DNA from: Labrys miyagiensis
GTDB lineage: Bacteria > Pseudomonadota > Alphaproteobacteria > Rhizobiales > Labraceae
Assembly (NCBI RefSeq): GCF_030160835.1
Contig: NZ_BSPC01000032.1
Span: 31,015-55,014, forward strand
Length of the DNA: 24,000 bases
Direction: 5' to 3'
A program made the position numbers and the translations under genes. A model generated the notes under the pieces. The model saw only the letters and a program-made list of their open reading frames with translations, did not search any database and was not told where the DNA came from. Below, one piece after another: positions 1-7,149 of this stretch. Every line of letters begins with the position of its first letter. The stretch's first letter is position 1.

Positions 1-176
1 TGAGACCATAGACCGGCTTGTCGTCGGCAATGGCCTTCTCGATCACCGAGCGCGCCGCCCTGATGCGATCCTGTGCTGTCGTCGATAGCGCAGCCGGCCG
101 GCGCCCCCGCGCGATCGCGGTGAGCGCCTCGATCGTCAAAGGCCCATCGCCGATCACCACAGTTTCGCCAGACATT
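1..176 (-). CDS. Aromatic amino-acid ammonia-lyase family protein (histidine ammonia-lyase-like). Only the N-terminal ~58 codons are present because the gene runs off the left edge.
   Basis: This ORF is absent from the ORF track because it is open at the window edge. A reverse-strand ATG at 176-174 gives MSGETVVIGDGPLTIEALTAIARGRRPAALSTTAQDRIRAARSVIEKAIADDKPVYGL. That follows the HAL/PAL N-terminal pattern: a short lead-in, LT.E.L..IA, a helical stretch, then ..VYG just before the expected NTGFG. It is divergent from gloB. Confidence 0.5.
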
Positions 177-290
177 CCCAAAGGCTCCCGGATTGTGACT
201 TCTTCATTGTGACTTGGCGAAGCACACTCCCTGCGTGACCTCGCGCGCCTGATCGCTTAGAAGGGTCTGCCCTTACAAGCGAGAGTGAAA

Positions 291-1058
291 ATGAGCGCGC
301 TGATCGAACTTTTCTTGTGCCGCACCGACAATTTTGGCGTGCTTCTCCACGACACCGACACCGGCCGCACCGCCGCCATCGACGCGCCCGAGGTCGAGGC
401 GATCGAAGCCGCCCTCACCCGCCGCGGCTGGCGCCTCACCGATATCCTGGTCACGCATCACCATGAGGACCATGTCGCCGGCATCGAATCGCTGAAGGCC
501 TCCTATGGCTGCCGCGTGGTGGCGGCCAAGGCCGATGCGCACCGCATTCCGGTGGTGGACGAGACGGTCGAGGAAGGCGGCAGCGTTTCGGTCGGCACGC
601 TGACCGCTGGCATCATCGACACGCCCGGCCATACGGTGGGCCATATTTCCTATCATTTCCCCGAGCAGAAGCTGCTCTTTGCCGCCGACACCCTGTTCTC
701 GCTCGGCTGCGGGCGCCTGTTCGAGGGCACGCCGGCGCAGATGTGGACCTCGCTCCTCAAGCTGCGCGCTCTGCCCGACGACACCGCGCTCTATTGCGGC
801 CACGAATATACGCTCTCCAATGCCCGCTTCGCCGTGACGGTCGATCCCACCAACGGGGATCTCGCCAGGCGTGCGAAGGAAGTGGAGGCGCAGCGCGCCG
901 AGCATAAATTCACCCTTCCCGTGCTGCTGGGCGCGGAAAAGCGCGAAAATCCCTTCCTGCGCGCCGACGTGCCTGATGTGGCCAAGGCCGTCGGCCTGGA
1001 CGGCGCCGACGCGGCGACGGTGTTCGCCGAGTTGCGCGAACGCAAGAACAACTTCTGA
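291..1058 (+). CDS. gloB: Hydroxyacylglutathione hydrolase (glyoxalase II), metallo-beta-lactamase fold
   Basis: The ORF track gives 285..1058 from a GTG. I prefer the ATG at 291, which has GAGAG 5 nt upstream. The product is 255 aa with the THHHEDHVAG (HxHxDH) zinc motif, TPGHTxGH, and CGHEYT..N..FA with the ENPFLR tail typical of GloB. Confidence 0.9.
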   Translation: MSALIELFLCRTDNFGVLLHDTDTGRTAAIDAPEVEAIEAALTRRGWRLTDILVTHHHEDHVAGIESLKASYGCRVVAAKADAHRIPVVDETVEEGGSVSVGTLTAGIIDTPGHTVGHISYHFPEQKLLFAADTLFSLGCGRLFEGTPAQMWTSLLKLRALPDDTALYCGHEYTLSNARFAVTVDPTNGDLARRAKEVEAQRAEHKFTLPVLLGAEKRENPFLRADVPDVAKAVGLDGADAATVFAELRERKNNF

Positions 1059-1070
1059 GCAGAGGCTGGA

Positions 1071-1670
1071 ATGGGACGCGAAGCCCTCGTGCCCTGCCGC
1101 TGGAACGGACGCTGCGCCGAGGTGAAGGCGCTGCTGGAATCGCGCGAGTTGATCCTGCGCGGTGGGCTCAAGGGCCGCTTCGCCATTGCCGAGATGAGCG
1201 AGATCGGCGCCGAGGGCGAGGAGCTGCATTTCCGGGTAGGCGAGGATAGTCTCGCCTTGGCGCTCGGCGCCGATCTCGCCACGAGCTGGGCCAAGAAGCT
1301 CGCCACCCCGCCGCCCTCCCTCGCTCAGAAACTCGGCATCGGCAAGGAGGCCCGAGTCTTGGTGATCGGCGAGGCCACGGAGCCCACATTGATCGAGGCA
1401 CTTGCCGATGCCCGAGCCACCGATGCCAAGGCAGCACAACTCAGCCTTGCCATCGTCACCAGCGCAACCGAGCTGGCGACAGCCGTGACCTTCCACGAAG
1501 CCCTGCCAGCCGGCGCCCCGATCTGGATCGTGCATGGCAAGGGACCGCACGCCGCTTTCGGCGAAGCGCCGGTCAGGCGGGTGATGCGGGAGGCCGGCTA
1601 TCGCGACAACAAAGTCTCGGCCGTGTCGCAAACCCTGTCAGCCACCCGCTACGCCCGCCCGAAGGGGTGA
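1071..1670 (+). CDS. Conserved hypothetical protein, DUF3052-like C-terminal half
   Basis: The 199-aa ORF starts 12 nt after gloB, so it is probably co-transcribed. The C-terminal half (KLGIGKEARVLVIG ... IWIVHGKG ... VRRVMREAGYRDNKVSAVSQTLSATRY) resembles, from memory, the DUF3052 pattern KLGIK..-...-W..YPK-...-v..vsid..WsalRf. The family call is tentative. Confidence 0.55.
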   Translation: MGREALVPCRWNGRCAEVKALLESRELILRGGLKGRFAIAEMSEIGAEGEELHFRVGEDSLALALGADLATSWAKKLATPPPSLAQKLGIGKEARVLVIGEATEPTLIEALADARATDAKAAQLSLAIVTSATELATAVTFHEALPAGAPIWIVHGKGPHAAFGEAPVRRVMREAGYRDNKVSAVSQTLSATRYARPKG

Positions 1671-1699
1671 GGACTTTCCCGGGATCGCAGGCACCTCAG

Positions 1700-1723
1700 C
1701 CACAACCATCGTGATGGTTGTGG
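1700..1723. repeat. Palindrome with 11-bp arms, CCACAACCATC-gt-GATGGTTGTGG. Possible terminator of the gloB operon or a protein operator.
   Basis: Read directly from the sequence. It lies 30 nt after the stop at 1670. No T-run follows it, so it is not a canonical intrinsic terminator. Confidence 0.4.
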
Positions 1724-1729
1724 CGGTGA

Positions 1730-1796
1730 CCTGCTCTGGGAAACGGGACATGTGGGGATGGGAAAGGGCAGGCGTCTCGCCTGCTCTGGGAAACGG
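1730..1796 (+). repeat. Exact 17-nt direct repeat CCTGCTCTGGGAAACGG at 1730-1746 and 1780-1796, a 50-bp period
   Basis: Read directly. An ungapped comparison of 1730-1779 with 1780-1829 gives 30/50 identities: the first 17 are exact, followed by a weaker G-rich GGAT.GGGA.GGGCA similarity. Confidence 0.8.
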
Positions 1797-1837
1797 AACG
1801 CTGGAGGATAGGGAGGGCATGCAGATCCTGGCGCATC

Positions 1838-1864
1838 CTTACACTTCCCTTATATCCCCGCCCC
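1838..1864 (+). promoter_or_regulatory. Candidate KdpE operator: direct half-sites CTTACA (1838-1843) and CTTATA (1849-1854) 11 bp apart, followed by TCCCCGCCCC
   Basis: As I recall it, the E. coli kdpFABC operator is CATTTTTATACTTTTTTTACACCCCGCCCG. It has TTTATA and TTTACA half-sites 11 bp apart followed by CCCCGCCCG. This site lies 72-98 nt upstream of the first kdp-associated ATG (1936). Confidence 0.45.
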
Positions 1865-1935
1865 ACAATCGGAATCGAACCCTGACGCGCTTTGGTGGCA
1901 CACCGTCCTCACGCCCAACCGCGTAGGAGTTTGCC

Positions 1936-2019
1936 ATGCTTGATCTTGCTTATGTGGCGCTGGGCATAGGGGGACTGTTCGTTCTTGTCCTCTATGCCCG
2001 CGCCCTCGACAGGCTGTGA
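1936..2019 (+). CDS. 27-aa hydrophobic micro-ORF (MLDLAYVALGIGGLFVLVLYARALDRL), a possible second KdpF-like membrane peptide
   Basis: It is below the ORF-track size cutoff. It has AGGAG 6 nt upstream of the ATG and a single predicted TM helix. It lies between the KdpE-like box and kdpF and ends 9 nt before the kdpF ATG. The M-(L/F)-D start and the L-Y-A-R-A-L-D-R-L tail loosely echo KdpF. I have no conservation data. Confidence 0.4.
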   Translation: MLDLAYVALGIGGLFVLVLYARALDRL

Positions 2020-2028
2020 GGAGGACCC

Positions 2029-2115
2029 ATGTTCGATCCCATCCTCGGCCTTGTCGTCGCGCTCGCCCTCGGCGCCTATCTCGTCGCCACGCTACTGAAG
2101 CCCGAGCGCTTTTAG
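2029..2115 (+). CDS. kdpF: K+-transporting ATPase subunit F
   Basis: The 28-aa product is MFDPILGLVVALALGAYLVATLLKPERF. It is a single TM helix with a KdpF-type Y-L-V-x-x-L-L-x-P-E-x-F tail (compare E. coli ...GYLVYALINAEAF). GAGGAGGA lies just upstream, and the ORF is upstream of kdpA. Confidence 0.75.
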   Translation: MFDPILGLVVALALGAYLVATLLKPERF

Positions 2116-2186
2116 CCCATTCGTTTCCCGCCTTGCGTGCCCTGCGCCGCCGGCCGCCCCCGCGCCGGCGCGATGACGCGCGACGG

Positions 2187-2223
2187 GAGCGGGGCCGCCG
2201 CATTCGGGAAGGCGGCCCCGCTT
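2187..2223 (+). other. GC-rich stem-loop inside the kdpF-kdpA spacer: GAGCGGGGCCGCC / GGCGGCCCCGCTT, 12 bp plus one G-U, with an 11-nt loop
   Basis: Read directly. The following sequence (CCTGCTTCCC) is pyrimidine-rich but is not a U-tract. Confidence 0.5.
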
Positions 2224-2293
2224 CCTGCTTCCCACGCCCGCCCCGGGCCTTCGCCAAGTGCTGCGAGGGCCCGTATCCCTTTGGAGAACTTCC

Positions 2294-4003
2294 ATGTCCT
2301 TGAACGGATGGCTTCAGATCATCCTTCTGTTCGCCCTGGTCCTCGCAGTGGTCAAGCCACTGGGCGCCTACATGGCCCGTGTCTTCACCGGTGAGAGGAC
2401 ATTCCTCTCTCCCGTGCTGGCTCCCGTCGAGAAGGGTTTCTATGCCCTGTCCGGCATCGACCCGGCGAAAGAACAGAACTGGCTCACCTACACCATCGCC
2501 ATGCTGGTGTTCAGCGCGGCCGGCTTTGCCTCGCTCTATGCGATCTTCCGCCTGCAGGTCTGGCTGCCGCTGAACCCGCAAGGCTTTCCCAACCTGACGC
2601 CGGATCTCGCCTTCAACACCTCGGTGAGCTTCGTCACCAACACCAACTGGCAGTCCTATGCCGGCGAATCCACGATGAGCAATTTCAGCCAGATGGCTGG
2701 CCTCACCGTGCACAATTTCGTCTCGGCCGCCACCGGCATTGCCCTTGCCATCGCCGTTACCCGCGCCTTCATCCGCTCGGGCGTCACGACGATCGGCAAT
2801 TTCTGGGTCGATCTCACCCGCTGCACCCTCTATGTGCTGCTGCCGATCGCCATCATCGTCGCCATCGCCTTCGTGGCCCTCGGCATTCCCCAGACCATGC
2901 TCGGCACTATCGATGTCGGCACGCTGGAGGGCGCCAAGCAGACGCTGGCCATCGGCCCGATGGCCAGCCAGGAGGCGATCAAGCAGCTCGGCACCAATGG
3001 CGGCGGCTTCCTGAACGCCAATTCCGCTCACCCCTTCGAGAATCCGAGCGCGCTCGCCAATTATCTCTCGATCTTCTCCATGCTCGCGATCTCCTCGGCC
3101 CTGGTCTACACCTTCGGCCAGATGGTCGGCAGCCGCCGCCAGGGCTGGGCGCTGCTCTCGGCCATGGCCGTGGTGCTGATCGCCGGCGTCAGCGCGGTCT
3201 ACTGGGCTGAGACGTTCGGCAACCCGATCCTCGCCCATCTCGGCGTCGATCCAAGCCTCGGCAACATGGAAGGCAAGGAAGTCCGCTTCGGCCAGGCCAT
3301 GTCCGCTGTGTTCGTGGCGGCCACGACGGGCCTGTCCTGCGGCGCCGTCAACACCATGCACGCCTCGCTCACGCCGCTCGGCGGCCTTATCCCGATGTTC
3401 CTGATCCAGCTCGGCGAAGTTCTGCCCGGCGGCGTTGGCTCGGGCCTCTACGGCATGGTCGTCTTCGTCGTGCTCAGCGTGTTCATCGCCGGCCTGATGG
3501 TCGGCCGCACGCCGGAGTTCCTCGGCAAGAAGATCGAGGCTCGCGAGATGAAATACGCCATGCTGGCGGTGCTGATCCTGCCGGTCTGCATCCTCGGCTT
3601 CGCCTCGATCTCCGCCATGGCGTCCTTCGGCATTTCGCAGATCGAGAATGCCGGCCCGCACGGCCTCAGCGAGATCCTCTATGCCTTCACCTCGGCGACC
3701 GGCAATAACGGCTCGGCCTTCGCCGGCCTGTCGGCCAACACGCCCTGGTACAACACCACGCTCGGCATCTCCATGGTCCTCGGTCGCTTCGGCTACATCG
3801 TGCCCGTGATGGCAATCGCCGGCTCGCTGGTTGCCAAGACCAAGGTCCCAACCTCGGCCGGCACTTTCCCCACCCATACGCCGCTCTTCGTCGGCCTCCT
3901 CGTCGGCGTCATCCTGATCGTAGGCGGCCTGCAGTTCTTCCCGGCTCTCGCGCTGGGACCCATCGTCGAGCATTACCTGATGCTCGCCGGCACAACCTTC
4001 TGA
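2294..4003 (+). CDS. kdpA: K+-transporting ATPase subunit A (potassium-binding, channel-like subunit)
   Basis: The track ORF 2258..4003 starts from an alternative codon. I prefer the ATG at 2294, with GGAGA 7 nt upstream, giving [31 protein letters not shown]. The 569-aa polytopic protein carries KdpA hallmarks: NTNWQSY, GTNGGGF and [10 protein letters not shown]. Confidence 0.95.
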   Translation: MSLNGWLQIILLFALVLAVVKPLGAYMARVFTGERTFLSPVLAPVEKGFYALSGIDPAKEQNWLTYTIAMLVFSAAGFASLYAIFRLQVWLPLNPQGFPNLTPDLAFNTSVSFVTNTNWQSYAGESTMSNFSQMAGLTVHNFVSAATGIALAIAVTRAFIRSGVTTIGNFWVDLTRCTLYVLLPIAIIVAIAFVALGIPQTMLGTIDVGTLEGAKQTLAIGPMASQEAIKQLGTNGGGFLNANSAHPFENPSALANYLSIFSMLAISSALVYTFGQMVGSRRQGWALLSAMAVVLIAGVSAVYWAETFGNPILAHLGVDPSLGNMEGKEVRFGQAMSAVFVAATTGLSCGAVNTMHASLTPLGGLIPMFLIQLGEVLPGGVGSGLYGMVVFVVLSVFIAGLMVGRTPEFLGKKIEAREMKYAMLAVLILPVCILGFASISAMASFGISQIENAGPHGLSEILYAFTSATGNNGSAFAGLSANTPWYNTTLGISMVLGRFGYIVPVMAIAGSLVAKTKVPTSAGTFPTHTPLFVGLLVGVILIVGGLQFFPALALGPIVEHYLMLAGTTF

Positions 4004-4015
4004 GGAATGGCAATC

Positions 4016-6067
4016 ATGTCATCCAAACCCACTGCCCCCTCTCTCTTTGATGCGGCCATTGTACTGCCCGCCATCAAGGATGCCTTCATCAAGCTCGACC
4101 CCAGGCTCCTCGTCCGCAACCCGGTGATCTTCGTCACCGAGGTGGTGGCGGCCCTGGTCACCGTGCTCTGCCTGCGTGACCTCGTGATCGGCCAGGGCAT
4201 CGTCTTCTCGGCCCAGATCGCCGCCTGGCTCTGGTTCACCGTGCTGTTCGCCACCTTCGCCGAAGCCGTCGCCGAGGGGCGCGGCAAGGCGCAGGCCGAA
4301 AGCCTGCGCAAGACCAAGTCGGACCTCAAGGCCAAGCGCCTGGCCTCACCGACCGCAGCCAACAGCAATTACCAGGTGATCGACGCCACCAAGCTCAATA
4401 TGGGGGATGTCGTCATCGTCGAAGCCGGGGACCTCATCCCCGGCGATGGCGAGGTGATCGAAGGCGTCGCCTCGGTGAACGAAAGCGCCATCACCGGTGA
4501 ATCGGCCCCGGTGATCCGCGAATCCGGCGGCGACCGTTCGGCTGTCACCGGCGGCACGATGGTGCTGTCCGACTGGATCAAGGTGCGTATCACCACGCAG
4601 CCCGGCTCCTCCTTCATCGATCGCATGATCGCCCTCGTCGAGGGCGCCGAGCGCCAGAAAACCCCGAACGAGATCGCCCTGTCGATCCTGCTCTCGGGCA
4701 TGACGCTGATCTTCCTGATCGCCGTCGTCACGCTTTGGGGCTTCGCCGGCTATTCGGGCACAGTGGTCTCGATCACCGTGCTGGTCGCCCTCTTGGTCAC
4801 GCTGATCCCGACCACGATCGGCGGCCTGCTCTCGGCCATCGGCATCGCCGGCATGGATCGCCTGATCCGCTTCAACGTGATCGCAACCTCGGGCCGCGCC
4901 GTGGAGGCTGCCGGTGACGTCGACACGCTGCTGCTCGACAAAACCGGCACCATCACCTTCGGCAACCGCATGGCGACCGAATTCATCGCCGTGCCCGGCA
5001 TCAGCGACGAGGAGCTCGCCTCCGCCGTGCTGCTCGCCAGCCTCGCCGACGAGACGCCGGAGGGACGCTCGATCATCGCGCTCGCCCAGGGCGATTATGG
5101 CCTGAGGGAGCCTGATCTCACCTGCAAGAAGATCACCACCATCCCCTTCGCCGCGCAGACCCGCCTGTCGGGTATCGACATCGACGGCCGTTCCGTCCGC
5201 AAGGGCGCCGTCGACTCGATCGTGAAGTTCGCCGGCACCACGCTGGAAGCCGCTCCACCCGCCTTTCGCCAGGCGGTGGAACGTGTGGCCCGCACCGGCG
5301 GCACGCCGCTGGGCGTCGCCGATGGCAGCCGCATCCTCGGCGTGGTGCATCTCAAGGACGTGGTGAAGCCTGGCATCAAGGAGCGTTTCGCCGAGCTCAG
5401 GGCCATGGGCATCCGCACCGTGATGGTGACGGGCGACAACCCGATCACCGCGGCCGCCATCGCCTCCGAAGCCGGCGTCGACGACTTCCTCGCCGAAGCC
5501 ACGCCTGAGGAGAAGCTCGCCTATATCCGCAAGGAGCAGACCGGCGGGCGGCTGATCGCCATGTGCGGCGACGGCACCAATGACGCGCCGGCCCTGGCGC
5601 AGGCCGATGTCGGCGTCGCCATGCAGACCGGCACCCAAGCCGCCCGCGAGGCCGGCAACATGGTGGACCTTGACTCCAGCCCGACCAAGCTGATCGAGAT
5701 CGTCGGCATCGGCAAGCAATTGCTGATGACCCGCGGCTCGCTCACCACCTTCTCGATCGCCAACGACGTCGCGAAATACTTCGCCATCATCCCGGCCTTG
5801 TTCATCGCGACCTATCCGGCGCTCGGTGCCCTGAACGTGATGCGCCTGTCCTCGCCACAATCGGCGATCCTCTCGGCGGTGATCTTCAACGCCCTGATCA
5901 TCATCGCCCTGATCCCGCTGGCGTTGAAGGGTGTGGCCTACAGGCCGGTTGGCGCCGCGGCTCTTTTGAGGCGCAACCTGCTGGTCTACGGCGTCGGCGG
6001 CATCATCGTGCCCTTCATCGGCATCAAGGCCATCGACCTCGTCGTGGCCGCGCTGCACCTTGTGTGA
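4016..6067 (+). CDS. kdpB: K+-transporting P-type ATPase subunit B
   Basis: The track ORF starts at 4007. The ATG at 4016 has better spacing from GAGGA (4002-4006), and its MSSKP start resembles E. coli MSRKQ. Motifs present are DKTGTIT (phosphorylation site), TGES, MVTGDN and [16 protein letters not shown]. Confidence 0.95.
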   Translation: MSSKPTAPSLFDAAIVLPAIKDAFIKLDPRLLVRNPVIFVTEVVAALVTVLCLRDLVIGQGIVFSAQIAAWLWFTVLFATFAEAVAEGRGKAQAESLRKTKSDLKAKRLASPTAANSNYQVIDATKLNMGDVVIVEAGDLIPGDGEVIEGVASVNESAITGESAPVIRESGGDRSAVTGGTMVLSDWIKVRITTQPGSSFIDRMIALVEGAERQKTPNEIALSILLSGMTLIFLIAVVTLWGFAGYSGTVVSITVLVALLVTLIPTTIGGLLSAIGIAGMDRLIRFNVIATSGRAVEAAGDVDTLLLDKTGTITFGNRMATEFIAVPGISDEELASAVLLASLADETPEGRSIIALAQGDYGLREPDLTCKKITTIPFAAQTRLSGIDIDGRSVRKGAVDSIVKFAGTTLEAAPPAFRQAVERVARTGGTPLGVADGSRILGVVHLKDVVKPGIKERFAELRAMGIRTVMVTGDNPITAAAIASEAGVDDFLAEATPEEKLAYIRKEQTGGRLIAMCGDGTNDAPALAQADVGVAMQTGTQAAREAGNMVDLDSSPTKLIEIVGIGKQLLMTRGSLTTFSIANDVAKYFAIIPALFIATYPALGALNVMRLSSPQSAILSAVIFNALIIIALIPLALKGVAYRPVGAAALLRRNLLVYGVGGIIVPFIGIKAIDLVVAALHLV

Positions 6068-6156
6068 GGAGGCGCGCATGCGGGACGGATGGAGTGTCGC
6101 TCGCTGGCTGGCCCTGTCCGATCGATGCCGATCGCTGGCCCGCATATCGCACTTGC

Positions 6157-6191
6157 CCCTCCCCGGCTTCGCGGGGAGGGCTTTCGCCCTC
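6157..6191 (+). other. Three-segment hairpin in the kdpB-kdpC spacer: CCCTCCCCG-gcttcg-CGGGGAGGG-ctttcg-CCCTC. The middle segment can pair with either flank.
   Basis: Read directly. The stem is 9 bp (6157-6165 with 6172-6180). The alternative is a 5-bp stem (6176-6180 with 6187-6191). Confidence 0.6.
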
Positions 6192-6230
6192 CAAGGCAAC
6201 CTCGTTTTACCGCTCCAAAGGAGCAGACTC

Positions 6231-6836
6231 ATGTTGACTCATATTCGCCCCGCCATCGTGATGATGGCTCTCTTCACCATCCTGTGCGGCGGGATCTATC
6301 CCTACTTCATCACCGGCGTTGCCCAGGTGGCCTTTCCCTCCGCCGCCAATGGCAGCCTGGTGAGCCGCAACGGAGCGGTGGTAGGCTCGGCCCTGATCGG
6401 CCAGAACTTCACCTCGGACAAATATTTCCAGGGCCGCCCCTCGGCGACCACAGGCACCGATCCGAACGATGCCACCAAGACGATCGCCCAGCCCTACAAT
6501 GCCGACAACTCCACCGGCTCGAATCTCGGACCGACCGCCAAGCCCCTCGTGGATCGCGTCACGGCCTCGATCGCCGACCTGCGCAAGCAGGGCGTGACCG
6601 GTGACATTCCGGCCGACGCCGTGACCACTTCCGCTTCCGGCCTCGATCCCGATATCACGCCGGCCGATGCCGCCATGCAGGTCGCCCGCGTCGCCAAGGC
6701 GCGCAACCTGCCCGGGGATCAGGTGAGGAGCGTGCTCGACGCCCAGACCTCCGGCCGCCTGTTCGGCGTTATCGGCGAGCCGCATGTGAATGTGCTCGCG
6801 CTCAACCTCGCGCTTGATGCAACAACGACGAAGTGA
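6231..6836 (+). CDS. kdpC: K+-transporting ATPase subunit C
   Basis: The track ORF 6060..6836 is an in-frame upstream extension through repeat sequence. The ATG at 6231, with AAAGGAG upstream, gives MLTHIRPAIVMMALFTILCGGIYPYFITGVAQ. The 201-aa product has KdpC motifs: an N-terminal TM helix, GSNLGP and SGLDPDITP..A..Q..RVA. Confidence 0.9.
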   Translation: MLTHIRPAIVMMALFTILCGGIYPYFITGVAQVAFPSAANGSLVSRNGAVVGSALIGQNFTSDKYFQGRPSATTGTDPNDATKTIAQPYNADNSTGSNLGPTAKPLVDRVTASIADLRKQGVTGDIPADAVTTSASGLDPDITPADAAMQVARVAKARNLPGDQVRSVLDAQTSGRLFGVIGEPHVNVLALNLALDATTTK

Positions 6837-6877
6837 GACGATCGAGTGAAATCTAATTTGGCACCATTCTTGTAGAG

Positions 6878-7068
6878 GTTAGCGCTGCCCCTCACCTCTA
6901 TCCTCTCCCCGTAAACGGGGCGAGGGGACTTCGATGCCGCGCTTTGTCCTCAGAGCACTCATCTCGCCCAACGGTTGGGCGAGATGAGACGCTAACCAAT
7001 AAATCCCGACGATTGTGTCCCCTCGCCCCGTTTACGGGGAGAGGATAGAGGTGAGGGGCAGCGCTAAC
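6878..7068. repeat. 191-bp nested palindromic (RIME/MITE-like) intergenic element with perfect 52-bp terminal inverted repeats
   Basis: The left arm 6878-6929 (GTTAGCGCTGCCCCTCACCTCTATCCTCTCCCCGTAAACGGGGCGAGGGGAC) is the exact reverse complement of 7017-7068. Each arm holds its own hairpin (CCTCTCCCCG-taaa-CGGGGCGAGG). The core holds a separate perfect 14-bp-stem hairpin, CTCATCTCGCCCAA-cgg-TTGGGCGAGATGAG (6958-6988). It has no coding capacity and I could see no flanking target-site duplication. Confidence 0.8.
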
Positions 7069-7149
7069 GCAGCAGGATTTGTTCCATTCGCTCATACAGT
7101 GTCTGAGGTGCTTTGAAAGGCAAGAGCGCACGGACTTTCTAAGGTTCCA

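Noticed and set aside
18-212. 64-aa plus-strand ORF at the left edge.
   Set aside because: It is antisense to the much better supported HAL-like N-terminus on the minus strand (ATG at 176), and its translation is featureless.
1871-1882. GGAATCGAACCC, whose reverse complement GGGTTCGATTCC matches the tRNA T-loop consensus. This hinted at a minus-strand tRNA or a tRNA-3'-end att remnant.
   Set aside because: I tried to build the T-arm and acceptor stem around it on the minus strand. Only 2 of 5 T-stem pairs form, and there is no acceptor, anticodon or D arm. A 12-nt match alone is not sufficient, and no integrase lies nearby.
6859-6873. Sigma-54-like motif TGGCAC-cattc-TTGT just downstream of kdpC and upstream of kdpD.
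   Set aside because: The -24 half is perfect but the -12 element is GT instead of the near-invariant GC. No enhancer-binding protein gene or upstream activator sites are evident, and it sits right at the edge of the palindromic element. It is worth a glance in TSS data but not supportable as a call.
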